In this document: piece after piece, positions 27,574 through 42,547 of the stretch
Layout of the letters: the number at the start of each line of letters is the position of its first letter
Numbering within the stretch: position 1 is the stretch's first letter
From: Octopus vulgaris
Taxonomy: Eukaryota
Reading direction: 5' to 3'
NCBI GenBank assembly: GCA_951406725.2
Contig: OX597818.1
Span: forward strand, 100,626,001 to 100,690,000
DNA: 64,000 nt
Program-made: the position numbers and the translations under genes
The notes under the pieces: model-generated
Seen by the model: only the letters and a program-made list of their open reading frames with translations
Told to the model about the DNA's origin: nothing
Database searches by the model: none

Positions 27574-29257
27574 TGTGTGCGTGTGCGTGCGTGTGTTGCA
27601 TGCGTGTAAATCATGGTAATACTTATACAGGAGTAACTTAAATATTCTGAAGGCATTAAATTAAAATCAATAAATGTATTTCACTGAAATATTTTTTCTG
27701 ATAATTCGAAACAAATCTTTGAAAGCACACGTGCACATTTCGTCCTCTTCATGAAGAAAGTCACTACCCCCCCCCCTCACATACACATGCACACACAGTT
27801 ATGAACACATACAAACACACTCATGCATACACACAAACACAATTTTGTTCAGGTGTATATAAGAATACGGATTTCAAAAGGATAAGCTAATTGAAAAATG
27901 AAATAAGGGGCCTTTTGTTTGTGTCATGTGGTTAGTGCATCCTATATGCAAAGGTATTTATTTATTGTTTTGTATTTGGTTACATATGAAACAGAAATCC
28001 GTTACTGAACGAAACTTACTTAATGGAAGACATGAAAACATCAGGGAATTAATGAAGATTACTGGAAGGATTACGGCAAAAATAAAAGCAAATAATACGT
28101 TGTTGGTTTTGGAAAATGCTATTGAAATCTAATAAATATTATTTTTTTATGTCGCAATGCACATGCTTTATTCTCTATTGTCTCATGTCATACATGGATA
28201 ATCACAGCGCATGATGCTGCTGGCTATACGTGTATATGTAACTGCGCATGCGAATACACACAGACGCTCATGAATGGGTTCTCACAAACGCAAACGTATA
28301 TAGAAATAATGAGAGAACAAAAGAACAGTGAATTAAGAGCTAAGACCCCAAATAAATTATATAAATCATGCGAAATCCTGTAGTTCTCAGAAGAATTTAC
28401 AAAGTTTAGTTGCCAAGAGAACTGAAGAATCTAATACTACGAAATCTTTCTTTTTGGCTGGGAGTGATGGGAAAAAAAAAACTTAATATAAATCTGTTTG
28501 TGTGTGAGCTTGTCTGTAACCATGAATTTGCTTATGTGTTTAAGGGTTTGACACAACGCTGCTGGTTAAAACCTGCTGAAGACTGAGTCAAAATTGGTAT
28601 TTCGCCAAATGGTACATGCTGAACTTATAATTAAGGTATATATAATTCTAAAAATACTCATGAAGTCGCCATAACTACCAGAAGCAATAAAAAGTGAAAA
28701 TAAAAACAAATAATGTATTTATAGTACAAATATCTTTGTTTCTGTAAGGAATCATCTTCCCACATCCTCTTATACTTTTCTTTTTATATGGTTAATATAT
28801 TAACTAGTAACGAGGAAAATCTTTTTGTTTATTCCCAATTCTCCAAAGGAAATGAAATCTAAGTTTTCTAATATTCTCAGAAGATATCATCTCAAATTTT
28901 CATTGAAGTTTTAATGCTTTGTACGCGTATAAGAAAATATTATTTTTCACTTTAGTACACAATACATTTCATGGATTAGTCAAATGAATGCTGGAAAACA
29001 TATGGTATTGTTTATGTTTTTGAGATTTGTAATGCAAAATATACTACCGGTAAAAAGAATGAGATTCAATTTATCCACAAATTTGATATGCATGTCAAAC
29101 TAAAATACCAACAAACACTCTTTCGTGAGTAGTTCGTTGTGTTTGACCTCGGCAAATATTTAGTCGGGTCTCTTACCAGTAATTCATCTATTGGGTTCAT
29201 ATCTACTTTACATAAACTTATTGACGTGGAATTTGAAGTCCAGTTTCTTCTTTTCTT

Positions 29258-29442
29258 TCTTTTACTTGTTTCAGTCATTTGACTGCGTCCATACTGGAGC
29301 ACCGCCTTTAGTCGAGTAAATCGACCCCAGAACTTATTCTTTGTAAGCCCAGTACTTATTCTCTCGGTCTCTTTTGCCGAACCGTAAACACACCAGCATC
29401 GGTTGTCAAGCAAAGTTATGGGGACAAACACAGACACACAAC
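29258..29442 (-). mobile_element. SINE 3' half, major family
   Basis: cttgtttcagtcatttgactgcgtccatactggagcaccgcc... Confidence 0.85.
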
Positions 29443-29969
29443 ATATTTTTATATTAACAGTTCCTATATTATCCATACTCGTTTTGTCTTGTACAAAAAA
29501 GACGTTATTTTTAATTAACCCTAGCAGCTCTGGTTTCTATATAAATCATACCATAATTCAATCCTGTATCGTTGTGTGCAGATCTTAAATATATGAACCT
29601 GATGATTTGAATCCTCAACAGTAACAATGAACAGAGAGGACAAAAACGGATATTCTCCAAACAACAACATGAACATTTATCATTTTCGTATGGTTCACCA
29701 CTGCATCTAACAAGGAGGAAAATCTTCCATTAATGCTTTTATCCTCTTAGGTAGCACGCCAATAAATCATTTAAGGTAGCTATTCATGATACATTTTCTC
29801 ATGTCTGATATAATCTTTAATGCCAGTCTTATATTCCTGTTATCGAAGAGACTTCATTAGGACAGCTCAACTTAATCACCGCAACAAGCAAATGTTTGGA
29901 AAATAAAAGTCTATAACAATAATAATGATAATATTGATCATAATAATAATAATAATAATTATTATAATG

Positions 29970-30070
<101 letters not shown>

Positions 30071-30072
30071 TA

Positions 30073-30223
30073 TTCAGTAGTTTTATTTTTATAGCGTGCT
30101 TTCACTTCACTACCGAGCGCAGCTCTGTGTGCCTTGGGTATGTGCTGTGATTTGTTGTGATGCTCTGATGGTTATTGTATGGAAAGTGTTCTGCGTAGGA
30201 TGTGTGCAGTGCCTAGTAGTGCA
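30073..30223 (-). mobile_element. ~150-bp 3'-terminal copy of Dong family A
   Basis: Matches the ORF end (ALLGTAHILRRTLSIQ*) and 3' UTR; embedded in (TTA)n. Confidence 0.9.
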
Positions 30224-30289
30224 TATTATTATTATTATTATTATTAATATTATTACTATTATTATTGTTATTATTATTATTATTATTAT

Positions 30290-30365
<76 letters not shown>

Positions 30366-30547
30366 TAGCTTTAAATTTAGATTGTGCTGCCACTTCACTA
30401 CCGAGCGCGGCTGTGTGTGCCTTAGATATGTGCTGTGATTTGTTGTGATGCTCTGATGGTTATTGTATGCCTAGTAGTGCATATTATTATTATTATTATT
30501 ATTAATATTATTACTATTATTATTGTTATTATTATTATTATTATTAT

Positions 30548-30632
<85 letters not shown>

Positions 30633-30735
30633 TAGCTTTAAATTTAGATTGTGCTGCCACTTCACTACCGAGAGCGGCTGTGTGTGCCTTAGATATGTGC
30701 TGTGATTTGTTGTGATGCTCTGATGGTTATTGTAT
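30210..30735. repeat. ~260-bp tandem duplication of microsatellite plus Dong 3' UTR
   Basis: gcctagtagtgca-(TAT array with identical interruptions)-ttcagtagcttt...gttattgtat occurs at ~30210-30468 and again from ~30469. Confidence 0.85.
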
Positions 30736-33700
30736 GGAAAGTGTTCTGCGTAGGATGTGTGCAGTGCTTAGTAGTGCAATTTTCTGTACGTTAAATGTGT
30801 TTGTAAGTCTTGGTGTTTTTGTTATGTATTTGTTTGAATATTTTTTTATCATGCCTAATGCACCTACTATGATAGAAATTGTTTCTGTTTTTAGATTCCA
30901 CATTCTGGTTACCTCTATTTCCAGGTCTTTGTATTTTGAAAGTTTCTCCATTTCTTTTAGAGACACGTTGTCATCTGCCGGCATTGATACATCAATTAGA
31001 AAGCATCTTTTTTCTTCATGATCTCTGACAACTATATCTGGTCTGTTGACCTTAATTTCTCTAACTGTGTGTATCGGCATATCCAAGAGTATGATTGCTT
31101 TCTCGTTTTCTGTGATCTTTTCTGGTGTGTGCCTATACCATCTTTTTTTCTGTTGTTATTCCATAATGTTGGCATAGCTTCCAGTGTATGTAGGTTCCAA
31201 CACTGTCGTGTCTGTGAATATATTCATTCTTAGCCAGGACTGGGCAGCCAGAGATAATATGATTTATTGTTTCTTGTCCATCTCCACATATTCTGCAGTT
31301 ACTTGTTATATTTCTTTTCATTACATGTTTTTGGTAATTTCTGGTGGGGAGGCTTTGGTCTTGTGCTGCAATTAAAAATCCCTCTGTCTCTGCTTTGAGT
31401 CCTGAGCTTCTCAACCATTGCTGGGATTTTTCTTTGTCTATTTCCTTTGCATTTAGTTTAGTCCAGTATTTACCATGAAAAGGCTTTTCTTGCCATCGTT
31501 TTATCATGGTTCGTTGCTGTTCTATGTTTAGTTTGGATTTCATTTGTTTTATAGCTTTTGTTGTTTCTTCATCTTCTTCTTCTTCTTCTTCTTCTTCTTC
31601 TTCTTCTTCTTCTTCTTCTTCATATTTATTAGGTGGTATGATTTCTTGTTTGTATTTGTCAGCTTCCTTAAATACTGAGAACAGTTTTTTGTTTTGCTCG
31701 TGTTTTGCTGCTATTTGTATCAGTTTTCCTTCCTTCTGAAGTAGATATTATTGCAGTCCTATGGTGGTTATTTTATAGTAGTTTTCCAGCTGTATTAGGC
31801 CTCTACCACCTTCTATACGTTGTATATATATTCTTGCTATGTCAGATATTTGGTGATGCATCCTAGATCCTGCCATTATTTTTCTTGTTTTCCTATCTAT
31901 TTTGGTCAGTTCATTTAGTGTCCAGTTAAGTATATTGTAGCTGTAACTTATAACTGGGACAGCTAAAATGTTAATACCTATTATCTTGATTTTAGCATTG
32001 AGCTCTGTTTTTAGTATTGATCTAACTCGTCTATAATATTCTTTTTTTTATTTTCTCTTTCATTTGTGTGTTGTGTCTTATCTAGTTCATGGATTCCTAA
32101 GTATTTGTAAGTTTGACTTTGGTCTAGTTCTTTTATTTCATTGGTTTTATCTAGTGTGATGTTGCTACTCTTGACTATTTTTCCTCTTTTCAGGATTACT
32201 TTGGCGCATTTTTCTAATCCAAATTTCATATCTATTTCTTTGGTAAATCCATGAACTGTCTTTAGTAGTGTTTCCTGCAGTTTGTCATTTGCAGCGTATA
32301 GTTTTAGGTCATCCATATATAAAATGTGGCTGATCGTTTTGCCGTAACATTTATATCCGCATCCAGTTCTATTTAGCATAACAGATAGAGGTGACAGTGC
32401 CAAGCAGAAAAGGAGTGGAGAGAGCGTGTCTCCCTGGAATATTCCTCTTCTAATGGGGAGGGATGGCTTTGGTTTTCATGAGTTCTTCTTTTGTTTGGAG
32501 CTGTAGCACTGTTTGACATTTATTCATAGAGTGCCCTGTGAATTTTATAATTGTTGGTGCTGCTTTGTTAATGGCTAGTGTTTCGAGGATCCATGTGTGG
32601 GGGATGCTATCAAACGCTTTTGTAGTCGATCCAGGCCGTACGGAGGCCTTTCTTCTTTCTGTGGCTGTCTTCAGTTATGGCTTTATTAATCATTAGTTGA
32701 TCTTTACAGCCATATGAGCCTTTGCGGCATCCTCTCTCTGCTCTTCTGGGAACAGGTTGTTTTCGTCCAGGTGCTTGTTCAACCTTTGCGATATCACTGC
32801 AGTAACTGCCTTGTACATTGTAGGGAGATAGGTTATTGGTCTGTAGTTTTCTGGTTTTTCTGACTCATTTGATTTGGGAATTAAGATGTTTTTCCCCTTC
32901 GTGAGCCATTCAGGCATTGTCTCTGGCTCTGCTAGTATGTTGTTAAAGTTTTCAGCCAGCTTTTTGTGCATTCCTGTTAGATAATTCAACAAGAAGTTGG
33001 GGATCTTGTCATGCCCAGGAGCCTTCCAGTTGCTTAGTCTTTGCAGTGCCTGGGTGACCTCTTCAGTTGTTATGGGGGTCCAAAGTTGCTCAGATGTTTG
33101 TTGTTTTAATACTCCTTTTTGTTTTTGGTTGTTCGTTCGCCGACCATATTTCTCTCCAGAATTCTTCCACTTGTTCTGCCGTTGGTGCTGCAGTGATTTC
33201 TATTTTATTTTTGCCAAGTTCTTGGTAGAAAATTTTGGGGTTGGAGTTGAACTTTTTGTTTTGTTCAAAGAAGCGCTGGCGTTTCTCGTACCGGCGGATC
33301 CTTTGTGCTTTAGCAAGGATATCTTGCTTCAGCTTTTCTTTTATCTCAGGTAAATGTTTTTCTGTGATGTTATATTTGCGGAGTATTTTTGTTTTCTTTT
33401 TGTTGCTCAGTAGCATTAATTGTCTACTGATTTCATTAAGAATCGACAGAACTTTTCTCATTTTTTGTATTTTTTTTTGGATGTTAATTATCCACAGGGT
33501 TTGTTTGGGTGGTGGTACTCCTGTTTGGATGGGTTTGAGTGAGTATCCAGCTTCTTTTGTGGCTGCAGTGGGTGCTGCGTATACTAAGTCATTTAGCTCA
33601 GTGATATCGCTTTTTGTTTCAGTGGCTATTAGTCCCGTGACGGCTAGGGTTATGCTGTTTATAATTGGTGTTGTTGTTTCGTCTATTTTGATTTTGCGGA

Positions 33701-34795
33701 GGTATGGTCGTGGTCCATTTTGAGCTCTGTGGTTTTCAGTTCTTTGATTATTTTACTTTTTATATTATCATAATCATTAGACTCCCCTTTATTGTTTTCA
33801 GGTTTTAGATTTGTGTCGCTTTCTTTCTTATTTATATGTTAGTTTGCCGTGTTTTGGCTAGCTGTTTGTCGTGTAGTATTATGCATCCTTACGGTCTGGG
33901 TTTGTTGTTTTTTGTTTACATCGTGTTTGTTGGGAATGTTACGTTTGTCTTTGCGTTTTACTGTTTCAGTGTTTATATTATTGGGCATTGTTGTGTGGCT
34001 TCTATCTACGTTTTCCTGGTGTATTTTTTCTTTTAGATGTTCTATTTCTATTTCTGATATTTCTTTTGCGTTGAGAATGTATCTTCGTACGTTAGCTAGT
34101 TTATTAGGGTTCATTGCTGTATCCAAGTCTATATTTAAGTTATTTTCCTTCCATATTTTATATGTATGTGTTGTTGTATTTTCATTTTTTGGGTAGAGCA
34201 CTGCTGTGAAGTATGCTTGTAGGATAGAAATGCTTTCCTCACGTGTCCATTTATGTATTTTGGGATTTATTTGCAGGACATGAGGAAGAGCGTCCGGCCC
34301 ATTATTTTGATGGTCGTCATTTTCGTAGGGTACCGCTCCGTAAATGTCTGTTGTCACATTGTTTTGCACGTGTAGTTTTTCGTACATTTTGTGTTGTAAG
34401 TTTAAAGTACTTATTTCCCGATTGTTATTCTTGGGTTGAATAATATCGGTGGTATTTGATTTCTTCGGTGTTTTTTTGTACATGGTGTTTGGGGTCGGGG
34501 ATGATCTGATGTTGATGGATCGTAATGTTTCACGCATGTTTACTTGTGTTGTGTTAGAGGTGGAGATGATATCGAGTTAAAATACATCATTTCGTTTCGA
34601 AAATATAAATAAATTTCAATGAGTATTACTTACTCGGATATAGTCCAATCCTTTGTTAGTAAATTTTTAGCTCCATACGATGTCTTTGTTTTCGATGTTT
34701 GTGGATAGATTTCGGAGCTCTGTTTTATCGTTCTTACATCTTAAACGTCCCCCGGTCTTATCTCCGTCCTCCGCTGTTATCTCCGTCCCCCGGTG
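30628..34795 (-). mobile_element. Full-length R4/Dong-clade non-LTR retrotransposon, family A (RT + CCHC + RLE), inactivated by frameshifts
   Basis: KWTREESISILQAYF, NKLANVRRY, NYRPIT, GIFQGDTLSPLLF, YMDDLKL, CRICGDGQETINHIISGC, RHD, NRPDIVV..FLIDVS..K..KY; (TAA)n at both ends; 5' end has ~19-bp ccgggggacggagataa repeats. Confidence 0.96.
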
Positions 34796-34825
34796 TTATT
34801 ATTATTATTATTATTATTGTTGTTG

Positions 34826-34912
<87 letters not shown>

Positions 34913-34913
<1 letters not shown>

Positions 34914-35060
34914 GGCGGTGAGCTTGCAGAAATGTTAGCATGCCGGGCGAAATGCTTAATAGTATTTCGTCTACCGCTACGTTCTGTGTTCAAATTCCGC
35001 CGAGGGCGACTTTTGCCTTTCATCCTTTCGGGGTCCATAAATAAAGTACCAGTTACGCAT
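34913..35060 (+). mobile_element. tRNA-derived SINE, second family, between (TTA)n and (TAA)n
   Basis: ggcggtgagcttgcagaa...gttcaaattccgccgag...gcctttcatcctttcgggg..ataaagtaccagtt; an inverted relative lies at ~41145-41272. Confidence 0.8.
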
Positions 35061-35124
<64 letters not shown>

Positions 35125-35831
35125 CAAGTACAAATATAGCTATTATATACTGATTCTAGAGGAGAGCAAATTGTTAAATATTCATCGTAAACATTATAAT
35201 TTCTAACCAGTAGACAAAACATCTCACCGTCACCCATATTATTTCATGAATTTTACTGTCTTTGCTCATTGAAGGTTGTTAGTTATAAATAATCTTAAGT
35301 AAAATTTACTAGCCAGAGTCTCTTTCCCCGACTAACAATTTAGATTCAACTCTCAATATATTTTTCTTAACATGAAGAATCAAGGTATACTTTTTAGTAT
35401 ATCATGTCCTATAATATCCATTCTGTCGTTGATTCACAGACGGTTAAACGAGACATATTCTCTATCAGCGTCAACAATCGCCGAAGTTTCAGAAACCATA
35501 AAAAAAACGTAATAGTTTATTTTCTTTTATTAGCTTAGAAATCACAAATCGTAACTTGATATGTATATTTGCAACAATATAAATTTACATATATTTCAAC
35601 TGAAAAACAGTTTAGCTGAAGCTACAATCTATAATTCTCACATTTAGTTTTACCTAAATACATTATAGCAACAATTTACGCAATCATGCTACAAGATCTC
35701 GAGTTTACAAACAATTTTTTAACCGAATGAAAAATGACTTATAACTATAATCGATAGCGGAATTAGTAGTAAAAGCTCTTACATTCAGAATGCTGGAAAT
35801 ACAATGCAGAATATATAAACATACATACATG

Positions 35832-35862
<31 letters not shown>

Positions 35863-35909
35863 GCATACATATATACATATATACATACATACATACATAT
35901 TTATATTTG

Positions 35910-35943
<34 letters not shown>

Positions 35944-36042
35944 TATGCTTCAACGTGATTACCTCTTTCAAACTTTCTCTAACCGTCTCGCTGTCTCTCT
36001 CTTTCTCTCAATGTATATACATATATATATATGTATATATAT

Positions 36043-36103
<61 letters not shown>

Positions 36104-36131
36104 TATATATATATATATATGTATATATATT

Positions 36132-36180
<49 letters not shown>

Positions 36181-36703
36181 GTACACATATATGTATAATT
36201 ACGCCTTTCATTCTTTCTCTCTGTAGCCCTCCTCACTTTCTCTCTCTCAACAAACACACACACACACACATACACGCACAAACACACGCAAATATATATG
36301 TCCGAGTTAGTATCATAGTGTGTAGAAGAATATATTAATCAATAGAATTCCAATTAAGTTTGATTATCACGTTATAATATTTGCAACTTTTGCAATTTTA
36401 GTATATCGAATGTAACTAGTTAGTATATATATACTATATATAAGCTAGTACTTTCATACGTTATGCAATCATCAGCTTCATATAGTGATAGACATATTCC
36501 AAAATTAACAAGTGCGACAAGGTGTCAGTTGTGGAACACGTCCGTCATTACATAAACCTGGTGATTGCGTAACGCATGAAACTAGTACTGTATTCCAATA
36601 TTATAAAATTATAAAAGTTGCAAATAATAAAACTTGAAAATCAGACTTACTTGCAATTTCATTGATTACTATACACACCCAGGCACATACACACACACAT
36701 ATA

Positions 36704-37792
36704 TCTATATATATAAAACTCAACTTGTGTGTTTGTGTGTGCATCTGCGTGTGTGTCTGTGTGTTTAACTTCGCGGCACATCTCCTCCTAGCCAACAAAT
36801 TGTAGAACCAACAAAAATGGGTCACTTATAGTTTAGGCGAATGAAAATTGAACTGCGCTATTTCTGTTCCCAAATTCATCTCGCAAGTGCAAAAGTCGAT
36901 TATGTGTTTGTTTAGACCTTATCCCATGCATTGAATAGTGAACTTTACTCAGTCAGCTGTTTGACGTGAACTGTGTTCACCACGCGTGCAAGTATGCGTA
37001 AATTGCACGAAAAATAAAACAATCAAGATATAAAAACGAATCGCCGTAAACATTGTAGAAATTCAGCAAAGAAATGAATTTTCGGGATGTAGCCTCGAGG
37101 GTTTTTTCGTATTAATCGTTTGGACTTTGTGAACACCTACCAATTGTTTACATAACATTTTTTAACGCTTTGAATTAAATGTGGCCATTTTGCGTTGAGT
37201 CTGCAGTTTGAATCACTTTAACCAAAGTTTAGCAGGCCGGATTTTTGATCATCACGATACATCGTCAGCGACTCCCTGAAACTCTCCCTTGAAATCCCCG
37301 TTGAAAAATATATATATATAAAACTCAACTTGTGTGTCTGTGTGTTTAACTTTTGGATCTACCAAGTTTCATTATTAAGGATGGAACGTAGTTTGTAGCA
37401 AATCTATATATATAAAGCTGAAGTTGTCTGTGTGTAGCAGGTTTGGTAGCCTTCAACTAACACTATCTTCTTCGAGACCCTGCAGCGCAAGTTGACCAAA
37501 ATTCAGAGTATGATAGAAGAAGGCTTGTTCTTCATTTTGTAGGAGATAAAATTCAAATTGGACCATGTTCACACCAAAAATTATTTACATCAAAGAGGTG
37601 CTTTTTTTTTCTATGGAAATCCCTATTTTTTACGATTTTTGACTGCTGTGTCACCATTTTTCGGTATATTTCAACTGGAAAAATGTTCACTTGAAGAGAA
37701 TAACAAGTAGCATAATAGAAAATTTTTACTTTCCAAAAGTCCCAATTCTAAAGGGTCGAAACAAACCCAAGCAACACCGGGTGATACTGCTA

Positions 37793-37793
<1 letters not shown>
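36704..37793 (+). mobile_element. Composite Helitron: three 5' ends (36704, ~37309, 37403) and one 3' end
   Basis: TCTATATATATAAAA-type starts; 3' end cccaagcaacaccgggtgatactgCTAG|T matches the 13312 element. Confidence 0.8.
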
Positions 37794-37848
<55 letters not shown>

Positions 37849-37966
37849 TAGCAGTATCACCCGGTGTTGCTTGGGATATATATATATGTGTGTGTGTGGG
37901 TGTGGGTGTGTGTGTATGTATATATGTATATACATGTATACATATATATGTAGATATATCTATGTA

Positions 37967-38014
<48 letters not shown>

Positions 38015-38182
38015 TACATGTGTTAGAAATACCAGCGATTATAATTATTTTTATTTTATCGCAATTTGATTTGTATAAATATACATAGATATATCTACAT
38101 ATATATGTACACATGTATATACATATATACATACACACACACCCACATTCTAAAGGGTCGAAACAAACCCAAGCACCACTGG

Positions 38183-38223
<41 letters not shown>

Positions 38224-38352
38224 TAGCAGTATCACCCGGTGTTGCTTGGGTTTGTTTCGACCCTTTAGAATGTGGGTGTGTGTGTATGTATATATGTATA
38301 TACATGTATACATATATATGTATACATGTATATACATATATACATACACACA

Positions 38353-38421
<69 letters not shown>

Positions 38422-38639
38422 GTTTATATATTTATACTTATATATACATACATATATATATAAAATTATAAATTAAGATATCCACGAGATACCACCATGC
38501 TGAAAATAGCAGCCATGATCCGACTCTAAAACCACCTTAAATGTCTATATAGCAACACGGAGAGAAGACAAAGGGACAAGATGAAACTAGTAAAAAGTTA
38601 CTGGATAGTATGTATATATATATATATATACATATGTGT

Positions 38640-38850
38640 GTGTGTGTTTGCGTGTCTGTGATTGTCCTCCCAACATCGCTTGACAACAGATTCTGGTGTG
38701 TTTACGTCCCCGTATCTTAGCATTTTGGCAAATGAAAACGATAGAATAAGTACTAGGCTTACAAAGAATAAGGTCCTGGGGTAGATTTGCTCGACTAAAG
38801 GCGGTGCTCCAGTATGGCCGCAGTGAAATGACTGAAACAAGTAAAAGAGT
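38640..38850 (+). mobile_element. SINE 3' half, major family
   Basis: ...ctcgactaaaggcggtgctccagtatggccgcagtgaaatgactgaaacaagtaaaagag. Confidence 0.85.
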
Positions 38851-40115
38851 GTCTACATGTACGCATTTCTAGAGAAATATAAACATAGACGGACACAAAT
38901 GCACACTCATCCATATATACAGAGACCCTGTATGATATATGTTCATCGCAAAACATTCCACCGTTTTCGATATTCTATAATAAACAAAAAGTGGTAAAAG
39001 TTGACTGTGACTTCGAAGTGAAGATTCATCTTTATTCTATTACTCAAGGTGTCATATGCTTGCAGCAGCAGCCAGAAGCTTGCTTTCTTGTATGCAGGTG
39101 GATGCATTTAAGAGTTTATTAAACACAGCTTGCGAATAACATTTCTTAAAAGTGCTGTTTACTCTGACTGTCGCTATTTCAAAATAACAAAGCCATCTTT
39201 CCTCAGTGTTGGGTCGCATCTACCCACATCTTGACTCATTCAGTCTTCGTCTATCTTCATGTCACTCGCTTTGTTTCCAACAACCCACGCATTTCAATCC
39301 CTGTATTGTCCAAGTCTCCTCGTATGGGTACTGGCTCTCCTCTCATGCATTCATTACAGGTTTTCATTTCTAGCGCCTTAAGCTGAAGGACGTTTTCCAT
39401 GGTTTCGTTTGTGGAACTGCGTATATCACGTGTAAATTGCCCTAACATACACGGGTGAGCACACACATTCAGACACACACGTACACACACACTATGGCCT
39501 GAGAATTTTAACGTACTTCCACATTGAACTCTAATCCTGATCGTCTGTTCCTGTAAGGGGTAGTTTGATACGGAGTATATTTCATTATGAGAAAGGGAAA
39601 GGGCAAAAAAGATAGTGGAAGAGAGAGTCAAAGATACAGAGAAGGATAGAACGTGAATTTCTAAGGATTTAGTTGCTAATTCCAACTAGTCAAGGGTTTC
39701 TGATTGGCTTGTTCGTATACATACAGTAGACCAGAAAAAAAACTAGATGAAAAGAAAACCATACAAATTTAAAAACTAAAATATAGTAGAGAGCAAACAC
39801 AGAGGAATTTTCGAAGCAACCAAAACTGAAAATTAATTATATAGACTCTTCATAATTTGTATACGAGCAAACAGAAATGATATATTTGCTATCAGACAAC
39901 ATACACAACCCAGATAAATGAGTGGGTAAACAAGATGCATAGTGACAAATTCATGCACCGAATTAGATGACAACATTTGAGTGATTTTCACTATATGCAT
40001 AAAATAATTAAATTTTATTGTTTTATTGTTTTATTTTTTAATTATACTAGAGGTTGTCATTGTTAGCATAACAAGTAAAAACGAAATTATTAGTGTTGCT
40101 AACAAGAACAACAGC

Positions 40116-40223
<108 letters not shown>

Positions 40224-40229
40224 TTAAAG

Positions 40230-40338
<109 letters not shown>

Positions 40339-40387
40339 CGATGATGACGATGATGACGATGATGATGATGAAAATAATAATAATAAC

Positions 40388-40539
40388 TTGCACTACTAGG
40401 CACTGCACACAACCTACGCAAAACACTTTCAATACAGTAACCATCAGAGCATCACAACAAATCACAGCACATACCCAAGGCACAGAGAGCTGCGCTCGGT
40501 AGTGAAGTGAAAGCATGCTATAAACATAAAACTACTGAA
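40388..40539 (+). mobile_element. ~150-bp 3'-terminal copy of Dong family A in TAA/TGA arrays
   Basis: Reverse complement of 30073-30223 with a few substitutions. Confidence 0.9.
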
Positions 40540-40561
40540 TGATGATGATGCTGATGATGAC

Positions 40562-40598
<37 letters not shown>

Positions 40599-40676
40599 GC
40601 AACAACAACGACGACGACTACGACGACTACGATGACTACGACGACGATGACGATGACGTTGACGATGATGATGATG

Positions 40677-40786
<110 letters not shown>

Positions 40787-40787
40787 A

Positions 40788-41090
40788 AGACATGATAAAA
40801 CTGCACAATATATTAACTGGGTAATTTGCAAAAGCCTGGACTTGCCCCATAATAAAAACTGGTGGGTACACAAACCACATCCAGTGCTTGAAAATGACCA
40901 CATCTCACTCCTCTAGAACTTCACCATTCAAACTAACAGAAAAATAGATGCGAATAGGCCAGACATCATATTGAAAGACTTCAGACAAAATCATGCCTCC
41001 TCATTGACATGAATGTCCCAATCGATATAAACGTAACTGTTAACACAGTTACCAAAAACTGAGCAAATATAAAGATCACGAAATACAAAT
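40788..41090 (+). mobile_element. R4/Dong RLE-domain fragment
   Basis: RHDKTAQYINWVICK...LENDHISLL*NFTIQTNRKIDANRPDIILKD..LLID. Confidence 0.85.
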
Positions 41091-41799
41091 ACAATTTAGC
41101 AACAACAACAACAACAATAATAATAAATATACTTTTATTCAATAGTGAAATTTGGCAGAGGGGATTAGTCGATTACATCCACTATAGTACACAACTGGTA
41201 CTTAGTTTATCGACCCCTGAAATGATAAAAGTCAAAGTCGACATCCGCCGAATTTGAACTCTGAACGTGAAGCAAATTTTGAAACCGCCATTTCAGTGCA
41301 GCATGCAGAGTCCCACCTTGAGGGTTCTTAGCCGAACAAACTGACACTGGGGCTTAATTGTTTCAAGACTAATATTTATTTTACCGGTTCTGTGGCCGAA
41401 CCGCTAGGTCACAGGGACATAAACGCAATACTGCCGCTTGTCAAACGGTTATGGGTGTAAATAAAAGACAGAGAAAGACACACATAGATATATGAATATA
41501 TATACATACACATATAATAATCAGGCAATGATGCTGTAGCTCTGGAAGGGGCACAGTGAATTTGCCTTGGGGTATTGAATATCCAACCTTTCGAATCGAA
41601 TCCCTCGTCACGGGTGAGAAAAAACGAGAGGATAAAGAGTACAAAGTCACAGTTTACACCCTCTAAGTTGCAGCCACTTTTTCAAGCAGAGATGTAAGTT
41701 ATATATGAGTATGAGTATATGCACTCATATGTATATGTATATGTTTTATTATGGGTATACACCCACACCTTTATAAGTATATATGTAATCTAATTTCTA

Positions 41800-41926
41800 A
41801 TCTCCGAAGAGGCCTTAGGTCGTTTTTGTAAATGTCTCATTTATAACTACATATTGACCTACCATAAATGGCTAATATGAGTTGAATAAGACATGCTTAT
41901 CTACATGGCCGAAACAGCTGTAAGAT
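41800..41926 (+). ncRNA. Type I hammerhead-like motif with ~90-nt stem II insertion
   Basis: auCU-CCGAAGA-GGCC..(92 nt)..GGCC-GAAAC-AGCU-GUA-AGAU: stem I aucu/agau, palindromic loop 3 AGCU, GUA site; core U4 is changed to C. Confidence 0.6.
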
Positions 41927-42186
41927 ATAATCTATATTTATATTTATGTGCACTTATATTTAGGTTCTATTATACATATTCTACTTATTGTATAACATTA
42001 CTATTTTATGTACACTCCTTCATGTACACTGCTTTACCCTGCATTGTTATGTTTAACCTTATAGTTTCTTATATAGTGGTTTAATAATGTATGTGATTGA
42101 ATATTATCTGGTAATTGATATTTGATTTCGAAGTATTTCTCCATTTTCTTATTTTATATGTATATATATATGTGTATATATGTGTG

Positions 42187-42250
<64 letters not shown>

Positions 42251-42397
42251 TGTGTGCGTATGTGTGTGTATAGAAAATTGCAAGTGGTACGCTTCCAGAC
42301 AGTTATGTGATACAAAAAAGGGACTACGTAACTGTTTGGATGTTTTGCATCCCATTTTGTATTATATATATATATAACGGTGTACGTACACTTTGGT

Positions 42398-42445
<48 letters not shown>

Positions 42446-42515
42446 GTGCCTGGTGTGTGTATGTGCATGTTTTCATGTTTCTGTACGTGTGCGTGTCTGT
42501 GTGCTTACACATGCA

Positions 42516-42547
<32 letters not shown>

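Noticed and set aside
30073-30780. Repeat-spacer-like pattern resembling a CRISPR or ncRNA array
   Set aside because: It is explained by Dong 3' ends plus one tandem duplication; the context is eukaryotic and there are no cas genes.
39180-39420. Possible RTE LINE C-terminal relic (also ~46740-46990)
   Set aside because: Only faint motif resemblance, with no RT core visible.
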